A DNA stretch of 64,000 nt from Styela clava (taxonomy: Eukaryota), in assembly GCF_964204865.1 (NCBI RefSeq), contig NC_135250.1, positions 28,582,001 through 28,646,000 on the forward strand, in the 5' to 3' direction. This document shows, one piece after another, positions 12,265-25,850 of the stretch; position 1 is the stretch's first letter, and every line of letters starts with the position of its first letter. The translations under genes were made by a program, and so were the position numbers. Under the pieces are notes generated by a model. That model was given only the letters and a program-made list of their open reading frames with translations, made no database searches and was not told the DNA's origin.

Positions 12265-13003
12265 CCGTTATTATGGTAAATCATTTAAATTTTAAATCAT
12301 CTGCCAAATATTTTCCCAAAAATCATTAATCCTGATAAGCTATATACGCATTCAAGGAACATAGAGGGATATAAAGAGTAGGCAGATTAGAATGATGGCC
12401 TCATCAGTCTATGTATAAAAAAACATGTATAAGTCATTTCACTTCTATGTTTCATACTTAGTACACCGTCTTCACCTATTGAATTTGCCTGAAAATTAGT
12501 TTAGTTTTAAAATAGGGAAATTATTTGATAATAATAATTTACATTTTTATTTCGTCAGTTTATCATTTATTTGTATTATATTCTAGATTTCTTATTCACG
12601 TTTGATTTTGATGAAGTAAATGAACTAAATTACGAAATTCAATCTAAAAAGTTGAATTTTAGGACAAAGCATATGAATCATGAATTTCAGATTTAAATAA
12701 ATTAATTAAAGATCAAAAAATTGCTTACTTCTGTCGACAATTTGCAACATCGTATATATATGATAACCGTGTATAAGGTATTCGTCTGTTCCCTATATAC
12801 AGGGTGATCAGACCAAGTGTAAACAAATTTTTATTAAAATATATACAATATATATAAATGTAATAGGGGAATAGAGAAAAAAAATATTTTTCAGAAAAAG
12901 ATATTTTTTCTTTCTTTCATTTATATCAATAAATTATTAATAATTATTCATTTTTAAATGAAAACAACATCAACATCAACCCTACGATTAAATTAAAGTA
13001 TTT

Positions 13004-13187
13004 GGTACTCCCGTATTAGCTGTGCTAGGTTGTCGTCATTTTGTTCAGATTTCCCTTATTTAAGTTGTATTACGAGTTCGTAGACCGTTTGTGTTGCCCA
13101 TAGGATTTTGTCCTTTTACACAACTTGATTGTAAAGTAGGCAAACAAAATTAATTATCTCCATATTGGCACACATACTTCTGGAGCG
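13004..13187. mobile_element. MITE family copy, opposite orientation to the 26413 and 63587 copies
   Basis: ggtactcccgta...attacgagttcg...tgtaaagtaggcaaacaaaatta...tccatattggcacacatacttctggagcg. Confidence 0.75.
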
Positions 13188-13224
13188 ACAAATATTTAAT
13201 AAATGAAGGTATTTTTCCTATAAT

Positions 13225-13366
13225 TGGTGTTTTCATAACTTCATCCGCTGTTCCATTTTGGCATTTTGGATAAAATTCAAAGCACAACAATGTCCAAGCT
13301 AAGGTTGTGTTTGTCGTTTCTGATCCAGCATCAAGCGATTTCCGGATGTATTGAATGAGCAAGTTT
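13225..13366 (-). pseudogene. Isolated inverted copy of CYP exon 7 (I-helix)
   Basis: The minus strand encodes LLIQYIRKSLDAGSETTNTTLAWTLLCFEFYPKCQNGTADEVMKT. Both splice sites are degraded, and the flanking intron-6 sequence (cgtacataatatatatg) is retained. Confidence 0.85.
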
Positions 13367-15663
13367 ATGAAATATATTGCTTTTGAGTAATATGAGTGGG
13401 CCATATATATTATGTACGATAAACAAAGAGAATGTTCGATCAATAAACAATTCTCCTTTTTTCAAATTAAAAGCTACACAAAATAATTATACCAATGAAT
13501 CCTTGCTCCGACTTGAGTTGATACATCCAATATAGAAGAAATTGAAATTTCCTAGCTGATCTAAATGTGACTCTGAATTATAAATTTCAGAAAACTAAAA
13601 CCCCATAATTACAGGAAGAAATTGAAAATAATATTTCAGATTAAATTAAAACACTTCAAGGTTTGAACCCTGTGTTTATTTTCTATTTTTTTTCGTTGTT
13701 TGGTTCATTTACCATTTTCAATATATGATGTAATGTTTCAGAGCCATTGTATATTATCATTCAAATATTAATCCCACATATTTCATAGCGTAAAATAGAA
13801 GTTGTCTATTGTCATTAATTACTATTATTAACATTGTTATCGTTAATTAAGTTTAATAACTAAAAACAGTTCAACCGAAACCCAACGAGAACAAACGAAA
13901 GCTTTTGTGCTTTAAACTTTTTTGAGTTTTGATTTCAGTTAACCTACTAAGTTAAGTTATGTGCAACCACTAAAATACAGCATCCTGATTGAAGTGGTGG
14001 ATTTTATCGCGAGATCTTAAAGCTGCGACTCACCAATAGCACAGTTTTATATTTGGTCCCCATATATATTTCACCGATTTATCTTTCTCATTTATTCTTC
14101 AATCTACTTCAATAAGCGTGAAGTTTTATGTTTATTTTTAAATGATTCTATCATATTTCTGTCAACAAAATAAGACGCCTATCAGAGCTAACAAAAATGG
14201 GCTTTAACACCTGTATAATAATCAATAGGACAGCTTTTTATCAAAATTAAACTTTTTATTGCCAAAAGTCATAAGATTGTTGCAGCCATTGTTGTCTTTG
14301 CCTTTGTATTCCCAATGCATTATGATTGAAAATGCAAGAAATAATATCAAAAAAATCAAAATACGTTTGTTAATTTTGCAACAGGTTTGCCACTCATGTG
14401 TGACACAAGTACTCAAACAATTCAACCATTGTCAGCGTCAGCGTTTTATTTGGGCAACATTTAGTTTAGTCCTACACAAATAAGAGCTTGAATTTAAAAA
14501 GGGCACAAATGAATACGACAAGACCTGCGTACAATTCGGTCTTTCAGTAGATTATGGGCCAGCTGCACCGCTTTATGAAATTCCCAGCGCGCCCACCACC
14601 CCTTTTTTGCGCCTACAACACAATAACAAAATATTACGAACCTATTTTTTAATATTGTCGAATTTATAATAGGTTAATACAAATTGACACACTTTGATTT
14701 GGAATTTATTTTATTTAATGCATTTTAACATTCTAATGATGGATATTGGAACTCGTTTTTTGTTCTTTTTAAAGCTCGTCTTCGTGTACCTCTTACCTTA
14801 TATAATGTCAATACTTAAGCAGACAGCAACTTGTGCTCAAACAATTTTGTGGGTTGTGTGTTTCGTGAGTTCAACCATGCTGCCTTGTTGAAAATGATAT
14901 TATGCAAACATTGAACGAGACAGAGTCGCATTGCCGATCGTTACCGTCGTTCAAATATAGAATGGTGAAGGGAGTTTAAAGTGGATATTGTTAGCAATAA
15001 GAACTGAAGAATGAACGTTGGACGTTTAATAGTATTCACAGTAGGTATTTGGTGGTTTGCTGAGAAAGTGTGAACCTAAACCATTGGTCGTACCGCCTAC
15101 ACAACTGGAAGTTGGACATTGCATTTTAATGACCTAGTTGAGCTGAATTTTTTTATTGCATCCTCCTACTATTGCTAAAAACTCTGAAAAATAAATGCTT
15201 ACAAGAAGCTTCTATTTGTAGACCACAATGTATCCACCACGGCATTCTATTTATTGCAACCTGGTAGTGGTATTGTAGGGTTGTGTTTTTAGGCTGTAAA
15301 CACAACGTTAGATCAAGTCAAGCAGTCAATCAATCACAATGTTGTTCCACTCGCAAACATTCGAAATTGCTTGGAGTTTTTTAAGATAAGTACTTGTTTT
15401 CATTTTTGTCGTAATATCTTGCGACGAATTTGAAGCAATATAAAGTATATGCAATTAGTTATTATCGTTTATAAAAATTGTTTGAATAAATCTATCTGTC
15501 TCTTTCGATGTTATATTGTGTAAATACATTAAAAAATGACAAATAGGTTTTATACTGTGTTTAATTAGATTCATTATTCTAACATTTGTTTCTTTACCCT
15601 TCTGTTCGACAGGGGATAATTACACATTAGTGGCTGAAATTGTTTTTGGTAGATAACTTAATA

Positions 15664-18600
15664 ATGATGTTGTCAATTCAAGACATCGATTATCCAACCT
15701 ATTTTATTGGGATTTCAACATTTTTGATATGCTATTATTTGTTGAAAAGACCAAAAAACTTCCCACCTGGCCCTCGCGGACTTCCCCTGTTAGGATATGT
15801 TCCATTTTTGGGAAGCAACACTGCTGAATCTTTGCGGCAGTTGAAAGAGAAATATGGATCGGTTATGTCTATTCAATTTGGACGTGAACATTGGGTTATT
15901 TTAAACGATTTTAACGCTATCAATGAGGTGAGACAACTTTATTATTGTATAGTATTGTAGTGTGTAATAAAAATGTATTTAAACTTCGTAATATTCGAGG
16001 ATTCTCAGTGAAAAATGCTAGATGAAGGCAAACTACTTCAAGGAAACATCCTGGGCCTTCACTATAGCTTATATATTAAGTTTCAAATAAATTGTAAATT
16101 CAATGAATTGTTTGTAACGACTAATATTGAGATTCAGAATTTCAAAAACAAATTCTCCTTTTTATCGACTCACCAAAACCAACAACAGTTCTCTTATACC
16201 TTAAAATGTTAGTATGTCATCTTCGAAACGCTACTATCAAGATAGTCGTCAGTATGGTATGGTCGTTTAAATTCTTAAACAAATCACAAGAAAGAATATG
16301 CTAATTACCACAAAATTCCAAGAAGCGGTTTTTGAGATACCCTTGGATCACACATCGGGTAACATCATAACATGCATTGTGTCGTCAGTAAAATATGCTT
16401 GATGGTAATATCCCGGCTTGTATAAAATTTGAATTGCTTAAACGCAACGATTAAATTTGAGTTATTTAATTTTGGGACTGGACTTTGATATTTGGCGTCA
16501 AAAATTTCCAACCGCGTAGACAATGCTACACTATGGCTGAGAATGACAGAATTGTAGATATGAATTTTTCATAAATTTATTCTCATCATTAAAGTAGAGA
16601 CTTCTTTTCACAAAGAAATGACATCTATTCAACATGTAATTATTCACAGGCACTGGTAAAACAAGGACACAAGTTTTCTGGACGGCCCGTCAATTTTGTA
16701 TTTGATTTGATCACTAAAGAACATGGATTCCTTTCAATGGACTACGGCCCCACATGGAAAGCTTTACAGAAATTTGGCCTCATGAAATTGAGAGGGTAAA
16801 AATTCCACTTGTAATCCCAATTATAAACATTCACATATTAAATAAAATTCTACTAGTGTATTAAAATACAGGTTCCTTCTTCTTGTCTTATTTCCATTTA
16901 GGATCCCTGTCTGGAGGTTTCAAAGACAATTATTGAACTTGAACTTTAATCATAATAAACATGAATTTTAATTTTACTGTATATTACAGAATTTTTTCAT
17001 TCTTCAAGTTAATACTAATAATAAAAGTTAAATCAATAATTTATATAGTTTCATTATGCCTCCGGCAGGTATCGTGGAATAAAACAGACCTCATAACTGT
17101 CGGATAGATTATACAGTACACATTCTGAAGTGATTTGTTTATTTATAATTGAAACAAATGTAAATTTACGTAGTCTTCCACTGTTTTTTAACATTGTTTA
17201 CGACGATTAGGTTACATTTCTCTTTATCAGATTTGGTGTAGGCAGAAAAGGAATGGAAGAACATATTATTGAGGAAACTCCTTACCTGATTGAAAGCTTG
17301 ACCAAGGCTAAAGATTGTACTTCACAAGTAATCTTACTAAAATTTATCTTTACAATATCCCTGAGTTTGAATCAATTTTTTTCATGGTTGCTATGGATTA
17401 ATTTATAGAAGACGTTAGTGATTAGATAAAGAAATTCCTAATTGACATATACAAAAAATGTTGCACCACGCTCAAGAGAAATATTTTGCTGTACCAAACT
17501 ACACTATACATGGTTGTCTGTCGTACTGAAAAGATAAAAAATTACGTTTATCAAGCACCGATTTCGCAATTTCATAATCGGGGTTTAACACTTGGTACAA
17601 TAGCAAACGTTACCCCATGAAAATAAATAAAACAGGAAAAATTTGGATAAAATATCAGATCTCATAGAACTCATATAGTAAATATAATAATAAATAAAAG
17701 AAATAAACTTTTAATAGAACAAAAACTTCAATTATATAAAATGTCAAAGTAAATGGACCAGTCGTAAAAGAAAACAGGTTTTTTTCACAACAACAAAAAA
17801 CGAGAAATGAAAAACAGAGAACAACAACAATAAAATACTGACAACAACAACATGATAAAAAAGTTCCACAAGTTCTACGTCGTGTCCAATAAATCAACAA
17901 AACATTTTTCTAAAAAACTGTTTTAGATGAAAGTTGCACTTAGCGATATTGTTTATTATTTTTTGATTGCGTTATACTGTATTTATTACATTATGCTTCA
18001 GCCCTAAACAAAATCGGAAGCTCCATTTGTGCAACCTATACTTGAATGACTTTTTTATATGATTATAATCGTAAATCCTATTGGTTTGTCGCTATTTTCA
18101 GATGAAACTTACATTTGCCGTATCAAATATTATATGTCGTGTTGTGCTGGGATCGAGGTTTGAATACGACGACAAAAAATTTCTTCATATGATCGAAATT
18201 ATACAGAGATTGTAAGTATAAGTTTTTATCTGACAATGATCATACAAAACGTTAGAAAAATATTTTTGTGAAAATAGACAGGAAGATTTTCGAATCAATT
18301 AGAATAGTTACCTTTACTCTTGCTACAGCATCCTTTCATTATACACATACGATCCACCGGCGCAAAAGCATGCAAGAATGATAAGCATTAGGTACCACAA
18401 AAACCCTTTCGACAATCACATGTAACCCATGTTGACATACCAATAGTAAGTTACTCGTTCCGGGTCAAAAACCTTCAGCATTGAAAGAGCTATTTGGCAC
18501 CGTTCGCATCAAACTCAAACCTACTCGGAGCCGCAACATTTAGTCTAATGTTAGTGGCTATTGCAACTCTCGTAAAACCATTTATGATGCAATAATTCAT

Positions 18601-21600
18601 TCAATAGTTATTACTAAGAAGAAGCAAATTGATATACGTATCACCTCAAAATGCGACCCGTTTATACCGCTCGTGGCTTATACGTTGGGAACCGCGGTGG
18701 TGTGTAATAAATTAGGCGAACACATGAATATTTTTAATCCAGGTATAACTCGCACGATCGAGGTAAAACCGCACGAGTATTGTATTGCACTTTTGTTAAA
18801 GAAGAACCCATGATACCGTAGACCAGAGATCAGAAATTTGTCTTTATGCCTTCAACTGTCAAAAAATGCTCCTAACAAAAAACTGCTGTAACCACTTCGA
18901 TTTACGTGAGCTAGAGCTCCTAGAACAAAGAGCCTCACGCAGCTCCGGAGACACAGATTGCCGATTTCTGATCTAGCGTATTGAATTTTTTCCTACCGTT
19001 GCGGAGTTTGAAATAAATCCCTCCGCCCTAATATTTTTTGAAACCTTTTCGCATTTAATGAACAGGGGCACGCTATGATGTAAGAGAAATGTTTTGTTTG
19101 TCTCCAAATACAACTTTAAATTTTGTTTATGATTACAGGGTTTTGAGTGAAAATCACTATGGTGGTCTCCAAAATTTAAAATCAAAATTAAAACTATTGG
19201 TTTTCTGTCAAAACTGGGCGTTTAATATTAAGACTTCGTCTCTTGTTGAAATCGTGCCTGCGAAACAGCACAACTTCGATTGCCGACGCTTAATGAGATA
19301 TCTCGATCGTTCGACGACCTATGATCCAAAAGCTCGATAATAATATAATTGGTTACCATTGGTTACCATTCTACTAGACACTCCAGGAGATATTGAGTTT
19401 GCCTGATTGTATATTAGAACTTCATCCATTTTATTGGCTGTTCCTCCTCGATGGAACAGAGGCGTGGGATTACTCATATAGTCTAGGATGACTGTGAAAG
19501 TAGTGTTTGGAACCTACTTCAGCGACTTATGTCAGAAACTATATGAGAATGATCTTAGAGTTTTAAGAGTTCTCCCTGAACAATAAAAGCCGATAAAATA
19601 TTATATCAACAGCAAATAAGCAAGTTTTTATTACTAACCTCATTTTAACACCCTTTAAATTCAAAGCTCTGAAGATTCAACGCACACACATTTGTTGGCA
19701 TCATTGACGTTGGCACCGATATTGAGATTTATTCCGCCGTTCCGAAATGCCGTAAAGATCACATCTGATGATGCGGACTGTTTCATGGGTAATGCATATT
19801 TTTAAACATGTGGAACAAAACGTGATATTTTGCAGAGAATCACTGACGGATATATGTGACAAAAATTTATACGTATATTTCAAATGAGAAAAAAATTCAT
19901 GAAACAGCCAAAAATGTGATAAACCTCGGCCACTTGTATGCATTAACAAACAAGTCTTTGGGTTGTCATTCTGCCAGAACAAAAGTACTCAAATGAAATC
20001 AAGCATAATTTTGTATATACATGAATTGAACTCTGAGGTCCGCGCAGGTTGATCAGAGTGACATAAATCGTAATCGGTAATTGTTGATTTACTTTTCACT
20101 ATGCTTAAAACAAACTTTACAAAAGCATATTTTTCATCTTTGCCCTATTTGCGGAACACAGTTTTTTAAATTTTCTAATATTTTCGTTAAATATGTCAAA
20201 TATTCCATTACATTTGAACAGAATATTTACGTGAATTCGTGGAAGAACACAAATCAAACTTTGATCAAAACAACATCCGAGACTTCATTGATGCATTTCT
20301 TCTTGAAATAAAGAAAAGTCCAAAAGATGATTCTGTTTTTAATGTGAGATGCTGCCAAGCATAATATTGTATATTCAATTACATTTGTTTAATTCCATGG
20401 CCCAAAAGCTATTTTGCAAGAATATCAGCGAAATTTCTATTTTTTATTACTGGAAATTTGTACAAATGGATGGTTTTGCTCAATTCTTGTTGCTGTTGTT
20501 GGCAATTAAATGTGGCTTCTTGTGGGTAATCGCGTTTCAAGACAACAATTGACTAATTCCTAATTATTAATATATGATTGGAGAACAAAGGACAGAAATC
20601 CCATAAAAGCTTTTATTCTGGTATTACTTTGATCAGAGGCATACGGAACCCAATGTTTCATATAAAAAAAATTTTAATTCACGAAAACAATTTATAACAT
20701 TTTTTTCGACTAGTCAACTATTTTGAGACAAGTTTGGTGTTGAGGTCGAAAAGTTTATAAAGCAATTTTTATCGATTTTTAATATTTTTCTCTATTCCAC
20801 ACAGAAATTCCAACTCATTCAATTCATAAGAGATCTCCTTGACGCTGGATCAGTAACAGTCAGCAGTACTTTGGCCTGGGCATTACTCGCCCTTGCTACT
20901 TTCCCAGAATGCCAAGAAAAAATATCTCAAGAAATTTCAGAAACATTGGGTGAGGATACATTGGCACAAGAAATATGAGTCTTTTTGCAATTGTTTTGAA
21001 TGGAAAATTTAAAAGACTATCACACGTCTTAAAAAATAAAAAATCTTTGTGAATCCTTGATTTGAATATAGAAGTTTAAAGGATTCTCATGGGTGGTAAT
21101 ATTTATATCCATTGGTACCTTTTAGGTAATTTATAGATTCGTCCGTATACTCACAGTGAATTTTATTTTAAATATTTTAGTTTGGGCATGTTTGGAACCC
21201 CTGATTTGGAGCGATAAAACTAATCCGACGAAATGTTTTGTAATCGAAGGGCTTTATTTAAGATTTTTAATAAACAAGAGCCAGGATTTAATGACAAAAT
21301 TGTAATATTTGTACCATTGATACCTAAAACATAAAAAACAAATATATATTTTCTAGGATTAGTTTGCTTTGAGTCACGAGAGCGAACTCATAAATGAAAA
21401 AAAGGGTAATCAGCGTTGTCCACTAAAATACCAAAAGCTACTGATACATTAATACAATAAAAACATCTATAGCGAGTGTTCTAAGTCAACCGATATGAAA
21501 GGTATATTTGTTTCCATTTATCAAAGCCAGCTAATAAAAACAAACTATGGAAGCTATAAATATTGTTAATATTTTTTATTTGACAATGGTATTTTTATAT

Positions 21601-22378
21601 TAGGTGAAGACGGATTGCCAAGTATGAAGCATAGAGATGACATGCCTTACACTTGTGCCTTCATACAGGAACTGATGAGACATAGAACAGTTGTTCCAAT
21701 GAGTATTTTTCGCAAAACTAACGAGGAAGCAATTTTGAACGGCTACACCATTCCTAAAAACACAACGGTAAGTTGTATAAAAGCTCGTCATAATAGTTGG
21801 CAACATCTGGAAAACAATATTTGAAGAACGACTATTAAATGAATTTAAATTTAATTTTGAGTTTTTTGGTATTTGGCGCCACATGAATAAGCCCTATTAT
21901 CGGTTTTCCGCTTACCGGGATAAATATGAAAATCCTATTTTATTATCCTATTTTGCGTGTGACATAACATATCATATAGAATTAAAAATAATAAATACTT
22001 TTAAGATGAATATTACTGAAATGTTAATCATGGGGTAAATCAATCATAGTTATTGTTCAGATTACTCCAAATTTGTGGGCCGTCCATTTTGATTCCGATC
22101 ACTTTGAAAACCCGCAAGAATTTCTACCTGAAAGATTTATCGATCGTGATGGAAAATTTATCAAATCAAATCATGTGATCCCGTTTTCGATCGGTCAAAG
22201 AGGTTGTATAGGGCAACAACTGGCCAAAATGGAAGTTTTCATTTTCCTAACAGGAATAGTGCAAAAATTGAAAGTGATTCCTGACCCTGAAAGGCCACTT
22301 CCATCTTTCTATATAGGTGGGAATAGTGTGGCAACATATGAGCCTCCAAAATTTGAAGTTATTTTTGAGCGACGTTAA
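15664..22378 (+). CDS. Cytochrome P450, clan 2 (CYP2-like), CYP-A; intact, about 495 aa
   Basis: Exons 15664-15927, 16650-16795, 17231-17327, 18102-18211, 19667-19788, 20222-20343, 20805-20949, 21604-21767, 22061-22378 are all GT-AG and total 1488 nt in an open frame. Motifs: N-terminal TM anchor, PPGPRGLPLLG, RDFIDAFL, I-helix DAGSVT, ELMR (ExxR), PERF, FSIGQRGCIG. The second ATG at 15667 is the position homologous to the paralogs' start. Confidence 0.92.
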
Positions 22379-23129
22379 CTCAACATGTCAGCTTGCTTTC
22401 TTCGACATTGTTTAGTCAATTATAATTCAATTCAAAGACAATTCAATATTTTAATCTACCGGTATATGTTTTTGGTGATTCTGATATCAGGACGGTCTTA
22501 TTTTTTACAACTAAATCATCAAAACTCTTTAGACTTGAATTCGATGATTCTGAAAATTTTCTTTGAAAAATATTTTGCTATTTAGTTACACCTGTTCAAG
22601 AAATATAGCGCAGCTTTGGAGTGCAAATTGTTATCAATGTCTTATAAATATATTAAAGTGTATTCAATTCATAGAGTGACGTTTTGGATTTACCTTTTCA
22701 AGCTTTCTTTAAAATCAATCCGATATGATCACTATAAACAAAAAATTTCGCGTTGAAAAGATTCATATTGCTATCAGAGAAACAGCAACGAAATATTCTC
22801 TGCAACAGAGATAGCGAACTTCTCATTCCTAGCAACGTTACATGTTTTTTTGCTTGGACTATCGCATTTGGGAGAACAATTTCTTTTCAGTGAACATTGA
22901 ATCATAAGTTCTCCAAACAAGTCTGTTAGTGTATTTCACAAAACATTGTAAATAATGAATAAAACGCAACAACTTTCAAGTAACGTTATAATTGGAACCC
23001 AGATATAAAAAAGCCAATTTTTTTTAAATCTGTTACGCATTTTATTTATAATTATGATAAAAGTAGTATTTCTGACCTAAATCCTAAATATGTCTTCCTG
23101 ATATTGAATAATATTTCACATAAGATTAA

Positions 23130-25850
23130 TATTCCTGTAACAACCTTTTGTTTGATAAATCCCTATTTGAAATCCGAAAATATAATATCTGAATTGTTGG
23201 AATTGGAATAGAATTGAGTGAATTGATTCTTTTTTAAAATAAAAGCCTCTAAAAATGTATTTTGTATTTTTTTGCTTAGGGCCTATGTTTTTACGTGGTT
23301 AGCATGTCGTTTATTAGACATGAAATGATATGTTAGAGCCTACTATTTGTACAACCTTCCATACATTTTACCTTCGTTGAATATCGCACAGATAGATGTA
23401 TTATGCTAGAACTCGCTTTAGTCGCACCGCATCTCTAACGCCATAATATAAAACAGTAAAGTATGTCTAACTAATGAAGCATAAACAGTGCCACTCCAAC
23501 GACGGTAAATAAATAAGGGCTCTGCATACTAGCAACGACCTCGCTTTATATATGACAACTTCATCATTTCGGGGAATTAATGATTAGTGTGCAGCACGTA
23601 TATTCAAATGCAATTTTAGCACAAGAATTGTAAACACACATTTTTTTAACTTATAATGTAGTTGAAGCAATAAATATTGAAATACTCAAATGTTCATCGA
23701 AATATTTCATTTCGATACCAAAACTTGGAAGTAAAGTTTAATTATCTTTGAATGGTCTACATGGCAATACCGGAACTGTTGAATACACATGGTAAAGCTT
23801 TATTATTACATTCCAGTGAACTTAATGTCTGTTTAGGTGTTTGTCTAAAAAAATAAACAGTAGTTCGTGTTCCCGAGGTATTATCAGTCGTTGCGGTCCA
23901 TTTGCCATGATAATAAGAAGTTTGCAATTTAATAATATACCTGGCAGACTTTTGTATTAGAATTCCTACTAAATTTCAATTCCATGACAATTTCACATTT
24001 TAATATCAAAATTTTTTTTAATAAACATTATAGCGATTGCATGTGTCTATAACGAACTTATTTCTAAGAACCACAAAATCGAAATTTTCAATTTTTTATT
24101 TGTGATTTGTAACCATTCAATTGAAGACCGTTTCGCCTATTCATGTTAAGGTGTGCAGGAAATATTGTACACCTTCCGAGCACCAACTTTCATCAGTAGT
24201 AAACTCTCCAATATAGAGATATCCTATAAATATATATTCACTGTATTCAAACAATCGATCCCTTTTTTTATTTATCTCCCTTTTAAAACATACCTTAAAA
24301 GGAATCTTATATATAGGCATTTTGAAATAAATATTCTCCGTTTGAAAAATTTCTATTGCTGATAAAGAAACAGTAATAGAATAAGCTAAATATACCAGAG
24401 ATGGCAAACTTTTAGCAACAAGTACACGTTAGCATTTTTTTGCAGAAACTATTGTTTTAAAAAAAACGATTTCGTTTTAGTGAACCTTGAGCCAGAAGTT
24501 TTTTAAATATGTAAGTTATTGTATTTCTCACAATTTCGTCAAATTTGAAAAATAGGCATAAAATGCAATAAAGTTACAACGAGAATATCGGTCGGAGACC
24601 GAAGACTTATCCATCGAAACTGCTGTTTCGATTCACTACTCTATAGTGACACCACGTGTCTTATCACCAATTAATTAATAACTCGCTAATTATACTATAT
24701 AATTCATCCAAAATCAATAGGCTTCTGGCCCGAGATATGATGAATGCACATGCAAAATTTCAGCAGATTCAACTTCGCCTTCGTGAGATATCGCGTTCAT
24801 CTAGCTGACAAACAGACATACAGACAGACAAATACCTATCAACATACTTACCGATCTTAAGATCGATAAATAATAATCTAACAGTAAAGTTATAAGCAAA
24901 ACACAGTTAAGTGTAAGCCAAAAATTTTGAATTCTGTGATCAACTTTATTTTTAATAATGATAAAAATATTATTTGTGACCAAGCTTCTAAAAATGTTCC
25001 CTTAATATAATATGATATAGCGAACAACATTGATTTTCAACAATCCCCAACAATCTTTTGTTTCATAAATCCCCATGTGAAATCTTAAAATATTATGAAA
25101 ATGTTTAAATTTGAATTTAGAATGAATTAGTTTTCTTTTTTTATCAATAAAATTAAGTAACGCTGCATTTTTGTCTTTCTTTTACATAGGGCCTACCCTC
25201 CATGCTTCATATCTTCGTTAAATGTCGAACAGGCGTGTTTTGTCATAACACGCTTTGGTCGCGCTACATATTCAACAGTAAAATATTAAACAGTCAAGCA
25301 CGTTTAATGAGTGAAGCCTGCAGCGGGTATCGATTGAATGCAATTATAGCACAACAATTGTGAACAAACAATTTTTTTTTATGTCGACTCAATATCCCTG
25401 GTTTTCGGTCGATTTTATCTGTAGCTGAAGACTTGATTATTCATCAAATAATTGACAATATGTTACTTACCGGTGAAGATTCTAAGAATGAATTGAAAAA
25501 AAAATTAAAATTTTAGGAAAATACTAAACACGCGCCATGGATACAGCAAAATAGTAACTTATGATGCAGTTGAAGAGATAAATAGTGGAATCTAATATTT
25601 TTGTATAATTTTTATGGAAATTTTTATTTCGATTCATAAATTAAAAAAAAAAAAGTTTAATAATCTTTGAGGGGTCTGTAAGGCAATACCGGGACGGTTG
25701 AGTGAACATGGTCAAGCAGTATTAGAACATTCCAGTGAAGGCAATGCTTGTTTAAGTGTTTGTCTGAAAATAACCAGTAGTTCGTGTTCCCGAGATATTA
25801 TCAGTCGTTAAGGTTAATTCGGAACGAAAATAATCAGGTTGCAATATAGG
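23130..25850 (+). repeat. Diverged local direct duplication (about 23130-23940 vs about 25050-25850)
   Basis: Shared blocks caac.ttttgttt.ataaatccc, ggcaataccgg, cattccagtgaa, cagtagttcgtgttcccgag.tattatcagtcgtt. Confidence 0.8.
24578..24874 (+). mobile_element. DINE-1/HINE-like non-autonomous Helentron-type element
   Basis: Starts aacgagaatatcggtc, contains a (GACA)-type microsatellite (gacaaacagacatacagacagaca), a subterminal inverted motif ttatc(c/g)atcg / gatcgataa, and a 3' hairpin cgatcttaagatcg. A second copy lies inverted at 53716-54470. Confidence 0.65.

Noticed and set aside
14385-14625. Possible decayed coding exon (discoidin-like VDFG/VDYG words) in the duplicated upstream block
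   Set aside because: Stops or frameshifts in both copies, and the similarity is too weak to support without a profile search.
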